Source: Octopus sinensis
Taxonomy: Eukaryota
Assembly (NCBI RefSeq): GCF_006345805.1
Contig: NC_043014.1
Coordinates: 40,176,001 to 40,240,000 of the forward strand
Length of the DNA: 64,000 bases
Direction of reading: 5' to 3'
The translations under genes and the position numbers were made by a program. Below the pieces are notes generated by a model that searched no databases, had not been told where the DNA came from, and saw only the letters and a program-made list of their open reading frames with translations. The number at the start of each line of letters is the position of its first letter. Position 1 is the stretch's first letter. This document shows, in pieces, positions 1-12,439 of the stretch.

Positions 1-1101
1 AAATTTTAGGGGAGGAGACTAGTCGATTACATCGACTCCAGTGCTCAAATGGTTCTTATTTCATTGACCCCGAAAGGATGAAAAGCGAAGTCAACCTCAG
101 CGGAATAATGATAATAATAATAATAATTAATTCTTTTTATTGGCCACAAGGGCTGACAAACATGATTGGAAACATAAAGGGACAAAACAGGACGAAAGGT
201 TACAAAAGGTTTTGTCCGTTTTTCGAAAGAAAAAAGTCCGTGTAAACAAGCTTTATAACAACGAGAACAAAAATTTAACTATTTACAAAACTCCCAATAG
301 AGGAGACGCTTCGAAAAAAGAATATAATATTAATAATAATCATAATAATAATCATAATAATAATCATTTAATAGCCACAAGGTCCTCTAGACGATGAGAA
401 TACAAGGGACAGGGTTACAACAGAGTAAGGGTTTATATAAAGTCGTGTAAAAAATAATATAACATTCTAATTTTGGCACAAGGCCAGCAGTTTTGAATAG
501 TGGAGGCAAGTCGATCATATCGACCCTAATGCTTAATTAGTACTAATTTTATCTCCCCCGAAAGGATGAAAGGCAAAGTCAACCTCGGCGGAATTTGAAC
601 TCAGAAGGTAAAGAGCCGAAAAACATGTCGCTAAGCAATTTGTTCGACGCGCTAACATTTCTGCCTGCTCGTCGTGTAACAAAAAAAAAAAAATGAAAAC
701 AAGATAAAGATATATCAACAAAGAAAATTCCCGAAAGGTGTGTGTGTGTGAGCTACCTAGAGATAGTCAAGTGATACGCAAATCTCGAATCATCCCGAAT
801 ATATATTTCTTTACTACCCACAAGGGGCTAAACACAGAGGGGACAAACAAGGACAGACAAAAGGATTAAGTCGATTACATCGACCCCAGCGCGTAACTGG
901 TACTTAATTTATCGACCCCGAAAGGATGACAGGCAAAGTCGACCTCGGTGGAATTTGAACTCAGAACGTAACGGCAGCCATCCCGAATATAACAATGATG
1001 TTGGAATATGACAAAAATAATGACAACAAATTAAAGTATTTTCAGTGAATGACATTATAAAAAACGAATAAAATAAAATGTTTATCAATATGGTGACTTA
1101 C

Positions 1102-1929
1102 TTGCATATCTGCTAAACTTCCTTCTTCGACCCAGTCCACTGATATTGGAGTATTTTCGTCTATTCCACCTTTTAGGGACATACCTAAACTACAGTTTCC
1201 ACTTTGGCGTACCAAATGAACAAGATGTGTCCTTTTCCCGAGTTCTCCAGGATTATTCGAAATTTTACTAATAGTTAAACCTTTATCTTCGTAGACTGTT
1301 ACTTCATCCTTCTTATAACGAATTCCGTTGTTGTAATTACGACCTGATGACCTCCTCGAATCCGTTCTTAAATCTGCTTCCTGCCAGTTTCTCATGTTGT
1401 TATAATCTTCAAACTTTCTATGTGATTTTGGTGAAATATTATTATCTAAGAAGACACTCTCAACTGCGTCATCGAATTCATCGTAAGATTTATTACTGTT
1501 GTGCATTGATGAGGATCGATTACTGCTCTGTAAATCAGGAGAACGGTTTATGATAAGCTTCTTCAAGTTACCTTGTGATACGATACGTGTTTTACCTGAC
1601 GAGTCCTGGGCGATGACACGTGATCTCTCAGTCCGTGGCAACGTACCTGGACGACAAGCCTGAAGTGCTTGACTATAATTGGCAAATTCCAGTGAGCAAA
1701 TACGATGATAGTCGTCTGAGAGATGGTTTGGTACAAGGTAACTCATTTCCACTAGTAAGACAAGACGTTCAGATGTGTTAATAAGTGGTTTTAAACGGGT
1801 ACATAACATCGGTACCGAGTGATTACGTTGAAATTCTGTGAAAAAATATTTGAATTGTTTGTTTTCATTATCACCAAGCAATTTTTGTGAAAGCTGCCAC
1901 AAAACTAATTCCGAATGACCTTTTTCCAT
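1102..1929 (-). CDS. Coding exon of a whirlin/harmonin/PDZD7-family scaffold protein (N-terminal harmonin-homology domain, linker, first half of a PDZ domain); the gene continues past the window start
   Basis: Non-repetitive 276-codon frame. LWQLSQKLL..FKYFFTEFQRNHSVPMLCTRLKPLINTSERLVLLVEMSYLVP resembles a harmonin N-terminal homology domain. HLVHLVRQSGNCSLGMSLKGG..ISVDWVEEGSLADMQ is PDZ betaA-alphaA with an SLGM carboxylate loop. Phase-0 donor CAA|GTAAGT at 1102/1101; poly-T plus CAG acceptor at 2002, so the exon is 2001..1102. Confidence 0.85.
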
Positions 1930-2490
1930 GATTCGTGTTGAATATAATGTTTTCTTAGAGTATCTCTGAAATTTCTTTTTTAAATAACTGATTAATTTGA
2001 TCTGAAAAAAAAAAAAAAAGAAACAAAAACAAAAATTAAAATAGAAAAGATATACAGAAAAAAAAATTAAAAGAAAATCTAATGTTAATTACATTTTTTT
2101 CTTGGGAAACATTTCTTCTCAAACATTAACCCACCATCAATTTATTCAGTATACACACCCCACCAAAAAAAAACAAAACAAAACAAAACAAAACAAACAA
2201 AGAAAATTCGTACCCTAGTTTGAATCATTTTCTTGAACATCAAGAGATTCATGGAGGGAATGTGTGTTTTATATTACGGATGTACGCCAAGACCCCGAGG
2301 CGGACTAACTAGTCTTTTTAGTTATGTCCGTTTTATCTCTTAATACCACCCATATCCTCTTCAATGTTTAATTAATTTCAATTGCATTTGTTTGTTATGC
2401 CAGTGTTACTGGCTCGTCTACTCTTAACAGTTACGTATTTAAAAATGAGGATAGCAACCACCATCACCCTTTCAACGCACACGTACCAAG

Positions 2491-2541
<51 letters not shown>

Positions 2542-3867
2542 GGTCTGCTTTGGATGATGATATAAATATAACACCAAAATATTTATTATCATTTACATAG
2601 TTCTTCTCAATAAAGTCCTTATCTCAACAATAGCTAGGTCAGTTCTGAAGAAGATCTGGTTATGAAAATGAGCGGCCGCCATGTTGTATTAATGTCTATG
2701 AAACTATGAGCATAGAAATGCCACCTGTAAGCTTGATTGTGGTTTCATATTGTTTAGTGGTTATGATTTAAATATCAATGGAATCGTTTGTTTGACAGCT
2801 GGAAGGAGAAACTCTATTGATGAAGCTGCGCTATGGACGCCTAGTTACTAAGAAATTTTTTCATGCGACCGAGTTTCAGTATCAGTTTGTTTTGTTTAGA
2901 ATTTTATTGTCGTAATATAATGAAATAATAAAATAACAAATATGATTCAGTTTCTTTTACCGACTGAGGAGACTGATTTTGTATCTTCAGACGAAATATG
3001 CATTGCTTTCACTCAGAAGATCCGTTTAAAACTGGATAAAAGAACCAGAAATTTAACACTCGAAAATGCAGTCAAATTGAGAGGGCAGAGGCAAAACAAA
3101 ATCTAAGCGATGCATTCTCTTCACTCACCTCCAAACATGGATTGCTTCTCATTTTATTGCCATACCAACGGGAGACATAAAAGGTGACGTAAAATATAAA
3201 AATATAAGTTTGTGAAGCAGGCAGAACGAATATTGTAGGGAAACAGGAGAGGCTGAAGTAATCGACGTGTAGCTCTTTCCATGAAGACGCTGAAGATGAC
3301 GAAATATTAGATCAAAAAGCGCTGCTATAGAAAACCGTGGTGAACATTGCTATGTTCAGGGATTGTGTTGCGGATTGGCTCAAACTTATTAGAGAATTCT
3401 GGGTGAAGAAGTTGAGTGCGGTTGGACCATGAGTCCAAAAGCTAATCGTCTCCAGATGCATCGTCCATTGTTTGTGTTTCAGATTAATGACCCAGTTATG
3501 CGTATTAAGAAGAAATAAAATCGATGACGGATGCTTCTGGGAGATTAAAGACTCACAGAAGACAAAAAATAGATCAACCAGTGTGAACGAAACTGTAATA
3601 GCAGTGTCGGCCATCAGCTTAACTCTTGTCGGCGAATTGCTAGTGTACAGATACTTGGCGTTGCAATGGACATTTGGTATTGCAGTGTGCAAGCCCTAAG
3701 AAAGCAGTAATTACAGAACTTTAGACTCTTGCTTCTTGGGGTTCACGAGTGCCATGTCAATACCTTGCCAGCTGCCTAAGTTACAAAAAGATTGCACCCG
3801 GTAACGTGGTTTGGCCTGATTTGTGGGGTACGTATGGCAAATTAGAAAAGATTGTGGCCTTTAGAAT

Positions 3868-4154
3868 TTTGTTTGTTCCTTCTCGATCCATGCCTGGCTC
3901 ATAAGGGCCGGTCTCCCGGTTTCTTGGCGTATAGGTTCTCCACCTGGACGGGTCGCAGGTGAGCTGCAAGATGCAGGAGGAAAGAGTGAGAGAAAGTTGT
4001 GGCGAAAGAGTTAGCAGAAGTTTCGCCATTACCTTCTGCCGGAGCCGCGTGGAGCTTAGGTGTTTTCGTTCACACATCAGTCGGCCTGAGATTCGAACTC
4101 GCGATCCCTCGACCGCGAGTCTGCTGCTCTAACCATTAGGCCATGTGCCTCCAC
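3868..4154 (-). mobile_element. SINE family C (tRNA-derived head GGAGGCACATGGCCTAGTGGTTAGAGCAGCGGACTCGCGG..GAGTTCGAATCTC)
   Basis: A and B boxes present. Related copies at ~26080-26270 (+), 29198-29470 (+), 37220-37432 (-), 39943-40225 (+) and 50027-50495 (-, 5' half duplicated). Confidence 0.8.
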
Positions 4155-4286
4155 GCTTTAGAATTTCGCTGTTGGTCACAGTATTTTAGTGATCCCGCCT
4201 CCAGAAGAAGGCTAAAGACAAACGGCTAAAGAAGGCTAAACCCCAACGAACCCAGGGCAGATGAAGTTTGCACAAATTTGAAGAAG

Positions 4287-4377
<91 letters not shown>

Positions 4378-4687
4378 TGGGATTGGCTCTGCACAAAACA
4401 TGTTCACTATAATTATAAACCCCTAATGCTTTGTTGGGGGTGATTTACAGGGCGTTCAAAAAAGTTTAAGGGAGTAAAATCCAGACAGAATATTTGGTGG
4501 GAAGGACCCTAAGACAAATACGAACAGTCATACTTAACCAATATCTGACATCCTCTGCAGCCCCATGGATGCCGCGAATATTTTAACTTGTCTTACCTTC
4601 GTGGCGTATCCATGTGTGGAGAGGTGGTAAGTGTACTTGGGGCTCAGCACTTGCTTTTGGAAACAGCTCAGGTTCAGCAGAGGTGCT

Positions 4688-5107
4688 GGATCTTTTCGGT
4701 TTGAACGGCAGTTTTTAACATAATTTCTAGGTAACTAAAAAATTTTAAACTTCGTATACTGGTAGAATGTGTTTATAAAACATCTTTTTCTCTTGGCTTT
4801 ATTGAGAAAATTCTATAGTTTGTAAGATATTTGTTGTTCTTTTTCTGCAAATTCAACCAATCAAATACGTCTATTGAGGTAAAAAAAAACATTCTGTGCC
4901 GTATGAATATGTCCCTCGTTTAAGAAACAGATTGGGTTTATTTACATTTGTGAAGAAAAAAAGATACTCTTCCCCCACCCCTAACCCTAACTATCCCTAA
5001 CCCTAAAACAGATTGAAATGCAATAGATCGATACTAGGGTCATAATTATGAGTGACAATTTCATATGACACCGCTAGAAAAAACTGCCGTTCAAACCGAA
5101 AAGATCC
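4688..5107. mobile_element. MITE family M1 (~420 bp, 28-bp TIR GGATCTTTTCGGTTTGAACGGCAGTTTT, internal CCCTAA repeats, 8-bp TSD; Merlin-like)
   Basis: Perfect TIRs; TSD GAGGTGCT / AAGGTGCT. Confidence 0.85.
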
Positions 5108-5354
5108 AAGGTGCTTAAGTTACTGTCTCTACAATAACTTCCACCGACCGACGAAAAAGTCAAGTGAAAGTGATCCCACCTCTGAAACTCGTACTTGAAA
5201 CATTGTGCTAGAGCAGGGTACCATGGACGTAAGAATGATACGGATCATGAAGGTAATAAACGGGGGATTTGTCCAAAATATTCTCGGCAAAATACTGGCA
5301 GAAATCGAGATAAGTCTGAAGATACAAAATCAGTCTCCTCAGCCGGCAAAAGAA

Positions 5355-5939
5355 AGGCGGCGAGCTGGCAGAAACGTTAGCACGCCGGGCGAAATGCTTA
5401 GCGGTATTTCGTCCTTGCGAACGTTCTGGGTTCAAATTCCACCGAGGTCGACTTTACCTTTCATCTTTTTGAGGTCGATTAAATAAGTACCAGTTACGCA
5501 CTGGGGTCGATGTAATCGACTTAATACCTATGTCTGTCCTTGTTTGTCCCCTCTAATTTTAGCCCCTTGTGGGTAGTAAAGAAATAGGTATTTCGTCCTT
5601 GTGAACGTTCTGGGTTAAAATTCCGCCGAGGTCGACTTTGCCTTTCATCCTTTTGAGGTCGATTAAATAAGTACCAGTTACGCACTGGGGTCGATATAAT
5701 CGACTTAATCCGTTTGTCTGTTCTTGTTTGTCCCCTCTATGTTTTGCCCCTTGTGGGTAATAAAGAAATAGGTATTTCGTCCTTGTGAACGTTCTGGTTT
5801 CAAATTCCGCCGAGGTCGACTTTGCCTTTCATCCTTTTGAAGTCGATTAAATAAGTACCAGTATAATCGACTTAATCCGTTTGTCTGTCCTTGTTTGTTC
5901 CCTCTATGTGTGTAGCCCCTTGTGGGCAGTAAAGAAATA
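5355..5939 (+). mobile_element. SINE family A, head plus three bodies
   Basis: Same sequence as the 24958 array; junctions AAATAG|GTATTTCG near 5587 and 5771. Confidence 0.85.
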
Positions 5940-6715
5940 AGAAATCGAAATAAGTTTCCATGGGTAAGGCAAATTTCTACGAAAGATTCGACTCTCTGTA
6001 AACTCGCTCTTGCGATTCACTTAATAACCTGATAAGTATTTTAGTTATGAGAAATTTATTTTCCGTTATTCAACATCCGGTTGTTGAAAGAAAGCGAACA
6101 ATCTCTCTTCTTTAACTGTTGGTTGTCAACAACAAATGAAATAATTTTTCAAACTTTCCTCGTTGTTTGGTTATTTAAAGTTCGGCCATTGAAAAATATT
6201 GGATAATTTACTTTAAAAAATGCTTTATCTTTTATTTTATTACTTGTTTCAGTTGTTGGATTGCAGCCATGCAGGGGCACGGCCTTGAAGGGTTTAGTCG
6301 AACAGATCGACTCTGCCTGCAAACTGGTATTGGCTTACTTACTTCACTGTAGCTTAGCGGTTCAGCAAAGGTGACCAATAGAATAAGTACCATACAAATA
6401 ACGAAGTATTGGAGTCGATTTGTTTGACCAAACCCATCAAGGCGGTACTTCGATTTAGCCGCAATCTTATAAGTGAAACAATCAAACGATAAAAGGTGAC
6501 ATAAAATATAAAAATATAAGTTTATGAAACTGGCAGAACGAATATTGTAGGGAAACAGGAGATGATGAAGTAATCGACAGACAGAAGCAACTAATGCAGT
6601 AAGTAATGAAAATCGACCAACAGTCAAATAAGTTTTAGAAAAAAATATAATTATGTAATTGACAACCAGAACGAGAATTATTACTGATATAGCTAAAGAA
6701 AAGCGATCGCATTAC

Positions 6716-8089
6716 AATTATTAAGAAACAAAAAATACCTGAGTAAAAATCAGATGACAACTCAGACATAATAGCAAAGCTGAACAATAACAAGAATAAC
6801 AAACGAATTGGAAAATGAAACAACTACAACCATAAGCAACAATTTAACAAAACAATATTCAGAAACTGGTCATTGAAAACAATACTTATGCACAAAAAAT
6901 AAAGCCACTCCAAAGAGTGTGTGTGTTTGTGTGTGTGTGTGTGTGTGTTCGCGCTTTTGCGTATATACACAAACGCTTGGATTTTCACACATGTTGTTTA
7001 GAAATTTCTCCTGAAATCATTGCTGCAGCGAAAATTATTCCCACGTTCGAGTGTACATGAATGTGTTAAAAAGTTTTGTACATGCATGTATTTGCATATA
7101 GTTTATTCGACGCTGCTACATATACGTTTTATCTTTTACTTGTTTCAGTTGTTAGAGTGCGGCTACGTTGGGGAATGACCTTGAAGTAATTATTTTTCTT
7201 AAAAGTCTAGTACTTATTCTATCGGTCTCTTTTGCCGAAACGAGGACGTAAACACACGAATACTGGCTGACAAGCAGTAATGGGCTCAAACACAGACACA
7301 AAGACACACATACAGACACAAAGACACAAATACAGACACACACATATGCTTATATATATATAGATACAGTCACACACATATGCTTATATATATATAGATC
7401 GATAAATGGTGGGGTTGTGTTGACCGCACGTGGAGAAATGATAAGCAAGGAAAAATCGTAAAAATGCAGAATGCTAAATTGAAAGAAAATTTTAATGAAA
7501 TGAGAAATTGAAAAAATATATATTTTTTCAATTTCTCATTTCATTAAAATTTTCTTTCAATTTAGCATTCTGCATTTTTACAATTTTTCCTTGTATATAT
7601 ATACATATGCATATATGGGCACAGGATGTCACCAATGGTAAACAACACGAAATACGAAAATAAATAAGGTTCGATACGCAAACAACGAAACAAATGGAAA
7701 ACAGGACAACTAACACAAAGAACGACCCTTCATCAGTTGTCGGCTGTCTACATGCATGTACAAAGATTCTTAACACATTCATGTACACTCGAACGTGGGA
7801 ATAATTTTCGCTGCAGCAGAAATTTCTAAACAACATGAGTGAAAATCCATGCGTTTGTGTATATACGCAAAAGCGCGAACACACACGCACACACTCTTTG
7901 GAGTGGCTTTATTTTTTGTGCATAAGTATTGTTTTCAATGACTAGTTTCTAAATATTGTTTTGTTAAATTGTTGCTTATGGTTGTAGTTGTTTCATTTTC
8001 CAATTCGTTTGTTATTCTTGTTATTGTTCAGCTTTGTCTGAGTTGTCATCTGATTTTTACTCAGGTATTTTTTATGTTTCTTAATAATT
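6716..8089. repeat. Nested inverted repeats: arms 6716-7090 and 7749-8089 around a 148-bp palindrome at 7446-7593
   Basis: Direct reverse-complement reading; the inner palindrome has no spacer and one mismatch. Confidence 0.9.
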
Positions 8090-8502
8090 TCGAGCATTGA
8101 ACGACAATGTGATTTTCTTCGAAGACTTATAAGTACCAAAATAGAATTTTGGTTTTGTGGCGGGTCAAAGTTGGGAACGGAAACAGGGCAGTGGAGACAT
8201 ACAAGGAAACCGAACGAAAACACACACACACACACAAACACTATATACACACACACAGATAAGAAAGGAAATGGAGCAACAATTAACAATTAGAAGTTCT
8301 AATTGTTAATTGTTGCTCTATTTCTTTTCTTATCTGAATATATTAAACCACTGTTTCCCATTTAAAATACCAACTTTTGTTAACCATATGGCAAGGACTA
8401 TACATAGTGAGGTAATACACCAGTAGTGTCTACGGATACATTGTATAACCTCTAACTCATAATGTATATATATCCCTGGATTCAATAACACTGACTTTTA
8501 TC

Positions 8503-8910
8503 TCTCTTTTACTTGTTTCAGTCATTTTGACTGCGGCCATGCTGGAGCACCGCCTTTAATCGAGCAACTCGACCCCGGGACTTGTTCTTTTGTAAGCCCA
8601 GTACTTATTCTATCGGTCTCTTTTGCCGAACCGCTAAGTAACGGGGACATAAACACACCAGCATCGGTTGTCAAGCAATGCTAGGGGGACAAACACAGAC
8701 ACACAAACACACACACGCATATATATATACATACATATACATATATACGACGGGCTTCTTTCAGTTTCCGTCTACCAAATCCACTCACAAGGCTTTGGTC
8801 GGCCCGAGGCTATAGTAGAAGATACTTGCCCAAGGTGCCACGCAGTGGGACTGAACCCGGAACCATGAGGTTGGTAAACAAGCTACTTACCACACAGCCA
8901 CTCCTGCGCC
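8503..8910 (-). mobile_element. SINE family B (tRNA-like head, CORE-like CCTTGGGCAAGT motif, internal (TA)n/(TG)n tract, GTAAAAGA tail)
   Basis: Near-identical copies at ~14985-15330 (-), 16868-17278 (-), 20685-21060 (+), 22517-22910 (+), 49535-49915 (-). Partial copies at 18595-18878, 28960-29135, 31291-31450 with 32380-32590, 50795-51000, 57716-57850, 58300-58900 and 63145-63270. Confidence 0.85.
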
Positions 8911-9126
8911 TGTGTATAAACTCTATACTTAAAATGACCAATTTTAAATTTCATTGGATTTTACTCATAAGGTATTGGAATATTATATGTATACCATTCT
9001 GCCTAAAAAAAATGGATCTACAAATGCAATATCCCTGCATATCTCACATCTATTTTCATTCCTCCACGTCACTCTCTATTTTATATCTTATCTAAATTAA
9101 CTATTTCTTAACCATCCTCTCACACC

Positions 9127-9174
9127 GTCTCCGATGAAGGGATATAATAAATATCCTGGAAACAGCTGTAAGAC
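9127..9174 (+). ncRNA. Minimal hammerhead-like motif (C4 variant) in a Penelope-like terminal fragment (~8915-9240)
   Basis: GUCU / CCGAUGA / A-GGGAUAU-AAUAA-AUAUCCU-G / GAAA-CAGCUG-UA / AGAC; palindromic ACAGCUGU helix III; followed by AATAAA. Confidence 0.55.
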
Positions 9175-9244
9175 CTTCTATCTATAAATGTTCTAAAATC
9201 TACACAGCCTTAGTTTTTTTTATCTCGTTACGAAATAAAATTTA

Positions 9245-9294
<50 letters not shown>

Positions 9295-9363
9295 CCTACC
9301 TACCTACCTACCTACCTACCTACCTGTATGTATGTATGTATGTATGTATGTATGTGTGTATGT

Positions 9364-9407
<44 letters not shown>

Positions 9408-9424
9408 TTTTTCTATTTGAAGAT

Positions 9425-10278
9425 ACTGGTTTCAAATTTTGGCACAAAGCAAGTAATTTTGAGAGACAGGGTAAGTCGATTGTGTCAACTCCAGCCATCA
9501 ACTGACACTTATTTCATTGACTCCGTACGGATGAAAGGTCATATTAAAGGTAAAGTTGACACCAGCGGAATTTGAACTCAGAACGTAAAGACGGTTAAAG
9601 TGCCGCTAGGTACTTTACCCGGCGTGCTAACGATTCTTATTTCTTTACTACCCACAAGGGGTTAAACACAGAGAGGACAAACAAGGACAGACAAACGGAT
9701 TAAGTCGATTATATCGACCCCAGTGCGTAACTGGTACTTAATTTATCGACCCCGAAAGGATGAAAGGCAAAGTCGACCTCGGCGGAATTTGAACTCGGAA
9801 CGTAAAGACAGACGAAATACCTATTTCTTTACTACCCACAAGGGGCTAAACACAGAGGGGACAAACAAGGACAGACAAACGGATTAAGTCGATTATATCG
9901 ACCCCAGTGCGTAACTGGTACTTAATTTATCGACCCCGAAAGAATGAAAGGCAAAGTCGACCTCGGGGGAATTTGAACTCAGAACGTAACAACAGACGAA
10001 ATACGGCTACGTATTTCGCCCGGCGTGCTAACGTTTCTGCTAGCTCGCCGCCTTGATTTTCATCTGAAAATATTGGTTTCAAATTTTGCACAAGGCCAAC
10101 AAGTTCGCGGGGAGGGAATGAATCGATTACATCAACTCCAATGTTCAACTGATACTTATCTTATCGACCTCGAAAAGATGAACGGTAAAGTCGACTTCGG
10201 CAACATTTGAACACAGAATGTAAAGACACATGACATGCTGCTTATCGGTTTGCCCGGCGGGCGAACGATTCTGCCTTA
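9425..10278 (-). mobile_element. Cluster of SINE family A copies, including a head plus two-body array at 9638-10053
   Basis: Reverse complements of family A, flanked by older copies with the alternative GGCCTTGTGC tail. Confidence 0.8.
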
Positions 10279-10476
10279 ATTTTTACCTGAAAATATTGAC
10301 TGTTAATTCTTCTGAATATCTCCAGAGCAGCATAAAAAGCCACATAAAGTTTGTTTACATTGACCTTTAAATTTCCATAAAATGCTAATGAGTTTCTGGA
10401 ACAATGTCCGTGGTCACAATTCTCATTTCCCTGGTGTGACGTGCGTGACAAAAAAAAAATGGACGTAACATTTTGA

Positions 10477-10679
10477 TGTACAATTTCTATATTTAAGAGA
10501 TGAGGAATTATGTACATTATTTACATTTGACGGATATTTGCCCTCATCTTGTTTGTTGTTAACAACGTTTCGGCTGATATACCCTCCAGCCTTAATCAGG
10601 TGTCTTGGGGGAAATTTCGAACCTGGGTTCTCATTCCTAACGTATTTTTCGATTATTATTACTATTATTATTATTATTA

Positions 10680-10717
<38 letters not shown>

Positions 10718-11027
10718 TCACTGCCTGGAATCGAACTCGGAATCTTGGGGTTAGTAGCCTGCGCTCTTAACCACGGGCATATGGCGTAGTGGTTAAGAGC
10801 ACAAGTTACTAACCCCAAGATTCCAAGTTAGATTCCATGTAGTGACCTGAATAATAATAACAACAACAACAATAATAATATCGAAAAATACTTTAGGAAT
10901 GAGAACCTAGGTTCGAAATTTCCCCAAGACACCTGATGAAGGCTGGAAGGTATATCAGCCGAAACGTTGTGTTAACAACAAACAATATGAGGACAAATAT
11001 CCGTCAAATATAAACAATGTAAATAAT
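10477..11027. mobile_element. Head-to-head inverted pair of a tRNA-headed, hammerhead-tailed non-autonomous retroelement
   Basis: Arms ~10513-10774 and 10775-11030 are reverse complements. Each has a tRNA-like head, an (AAT)n tract, a spacer and a hammerhead. The pair is flanked by the 12-bp direct repeat GTAACATTTTGA (10465-10476 and 11028-11039). Confidence 0.75.
10928..10973 (+). ncRNA. Minimal type-I hammerhead ribozyme motif (Penelope-type)
   Basis: GACAC / CUGAUGA / A-GGCUG..CAGCC / GAAA-CG-UU / GUGUU: stem I of 5 bp, intact core, stem II, palindromic ACGU in place of helix III; predicted cleavage after GUU (10968). Confidence 0.75.
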
Positions 11028-11460
11028 GTAACATTTTGAAGACAGTTATATGTTATATCTTTCAGATAGTGTAGATCTAGAAGATCCACCTCACACCAAT
11101 CGAATTTTGGTGGCAAAAACCAACCATTTCAACATACATTCACAGTGATTTTTCTGGGCATTCTAAACACTCTTTCATGATCTGTTTTGGTTTAACCTTC
11201 ACGATAATGGCTTATATACAGACGAATGATCTGGTCAAACTTGTCAGACGGAAGCCTACTGAAAACCGGACACAATATAACCCACATCCTAACCACGAAA
11301 TCAGAGATAAAATGCATGTGACTTTCATATGTGTAGTGTGGAGATTTGTTTGAAATTTAAGCATGGCTGCGTGTGAAGGCAAATTCAGAAGGTTGCGTTT
11401 GAAGGGAAGCTGCGAAAGGCAGGGTATTGCTTGGCTGGTAATTTCATGATGCTTTATAGC

Positions 11461-11704
11461 GTAGTACTTGTACTTGTGACGGCGTTCACCCAAGGCGGGT
11501 TGAGCCGGCTTCCTCTCTGGTCTTGACGGTATCACGAACCATGGCGGCCCACACTCGACAGTCCTGTGTGAGGTCACTGGAGATAGCGAGCCCTTCGCGG
11601 TTCCATCTGCGCAGACCGACCACCTGCGGACCTGAGAGTTCGGAGAGGTCCTCCTTTATCGTCATTGCCCAGGTCTTCAGCTGTCCGCCCGTGCGTTTGC
11701 GCCA
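11461..11704 (-). pseudogene. 3' end of an RTE-clade LINE
   Basis: WRKRTGGQLKTWAMTIKEDL...QDCRVWAAMVRD..* followed by a (CAAGTA)n tail. Confidence 0.7.
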
Positions 11705-11886
11705 GTTGCTTTATAGTGTATCTTTTGCTTGTTTCGGTCATTAGACTGTAGCCATGCTGGGGCAACACCTGGAGGAATTTTAGCGGAATTAATTAGTCCC
11801 AGTACCTTTTTAAGCCTGGTATTTATTCTGTCGGTCATTTTTGCTAAACCGCTAAGTTACGGAGACATAAAGACACCGACAGCGGG

Positions 11887-11921
<35 letters not shown>

Positions 11922-12246
11922 CTCACGCACATGAATATTCGCACATAGGGATCCACCCACCAACATACATTTACTTTCACAATAACGCGTAAACACCGTA
12001 CACTCACACCCACCCACACTTATCTTTTCTACTTGTTTTAGTCATTGGATTGCGGCCATACTGGAGCACCACCTCTAATAGTTTAGTCGAAGAAATTGAA
12101 CCCCAGTACTTACGCTTTTTTTTTTTAAAGTCGTGTGTTTTAGTTTGTCGGTCTCTTTCGTATAACCGCTAAGTTACGGGGGGTGTACATAACATAATAC
12201 AGATTGTGGAAGGGTAGGAGGAGATATAAACACATACATACATACA

Positions 12247-12280
<34 letters not shown>

Positions 12281-12398
12281 CATACATACATAAATACATG
12301 CACATACATACATAAATGCATGCATGCATTCACGCACACATACTATATATATATACACGCACATAATGGATGTTGTTTATTTTCATAAAGCTTCCCGT

Positions 12399-12439
<41 letters not shown>

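Noticed and set aside
1042-1101. Last 19 codons of the 295-aa ORF
   Set aside because: They lie beyond the GTAAGT donor, and the PDZ domain is incomplete, so splicing continues elsewhere.
2960-3010. Hammerhead-like CTGAGGA..GAAA
   Set aside because: No stem I pairing.
3312-3699. Overlapping 126-aa and 75-aa ORFs
   Set aside because: No recognisable motif or splice signals; the same holds for 15920-16381 and 21088-21636, which span repeats.
4975-5006. CCCTAA repeats as a chromosome end
   Set aside because: Internal to MITE M1.
10775-10849. Functional tRNA genes here and at the heads of SINE families C and D
   Set aside because: Acceptor stems do not pair and the heads run into SINE bodies.
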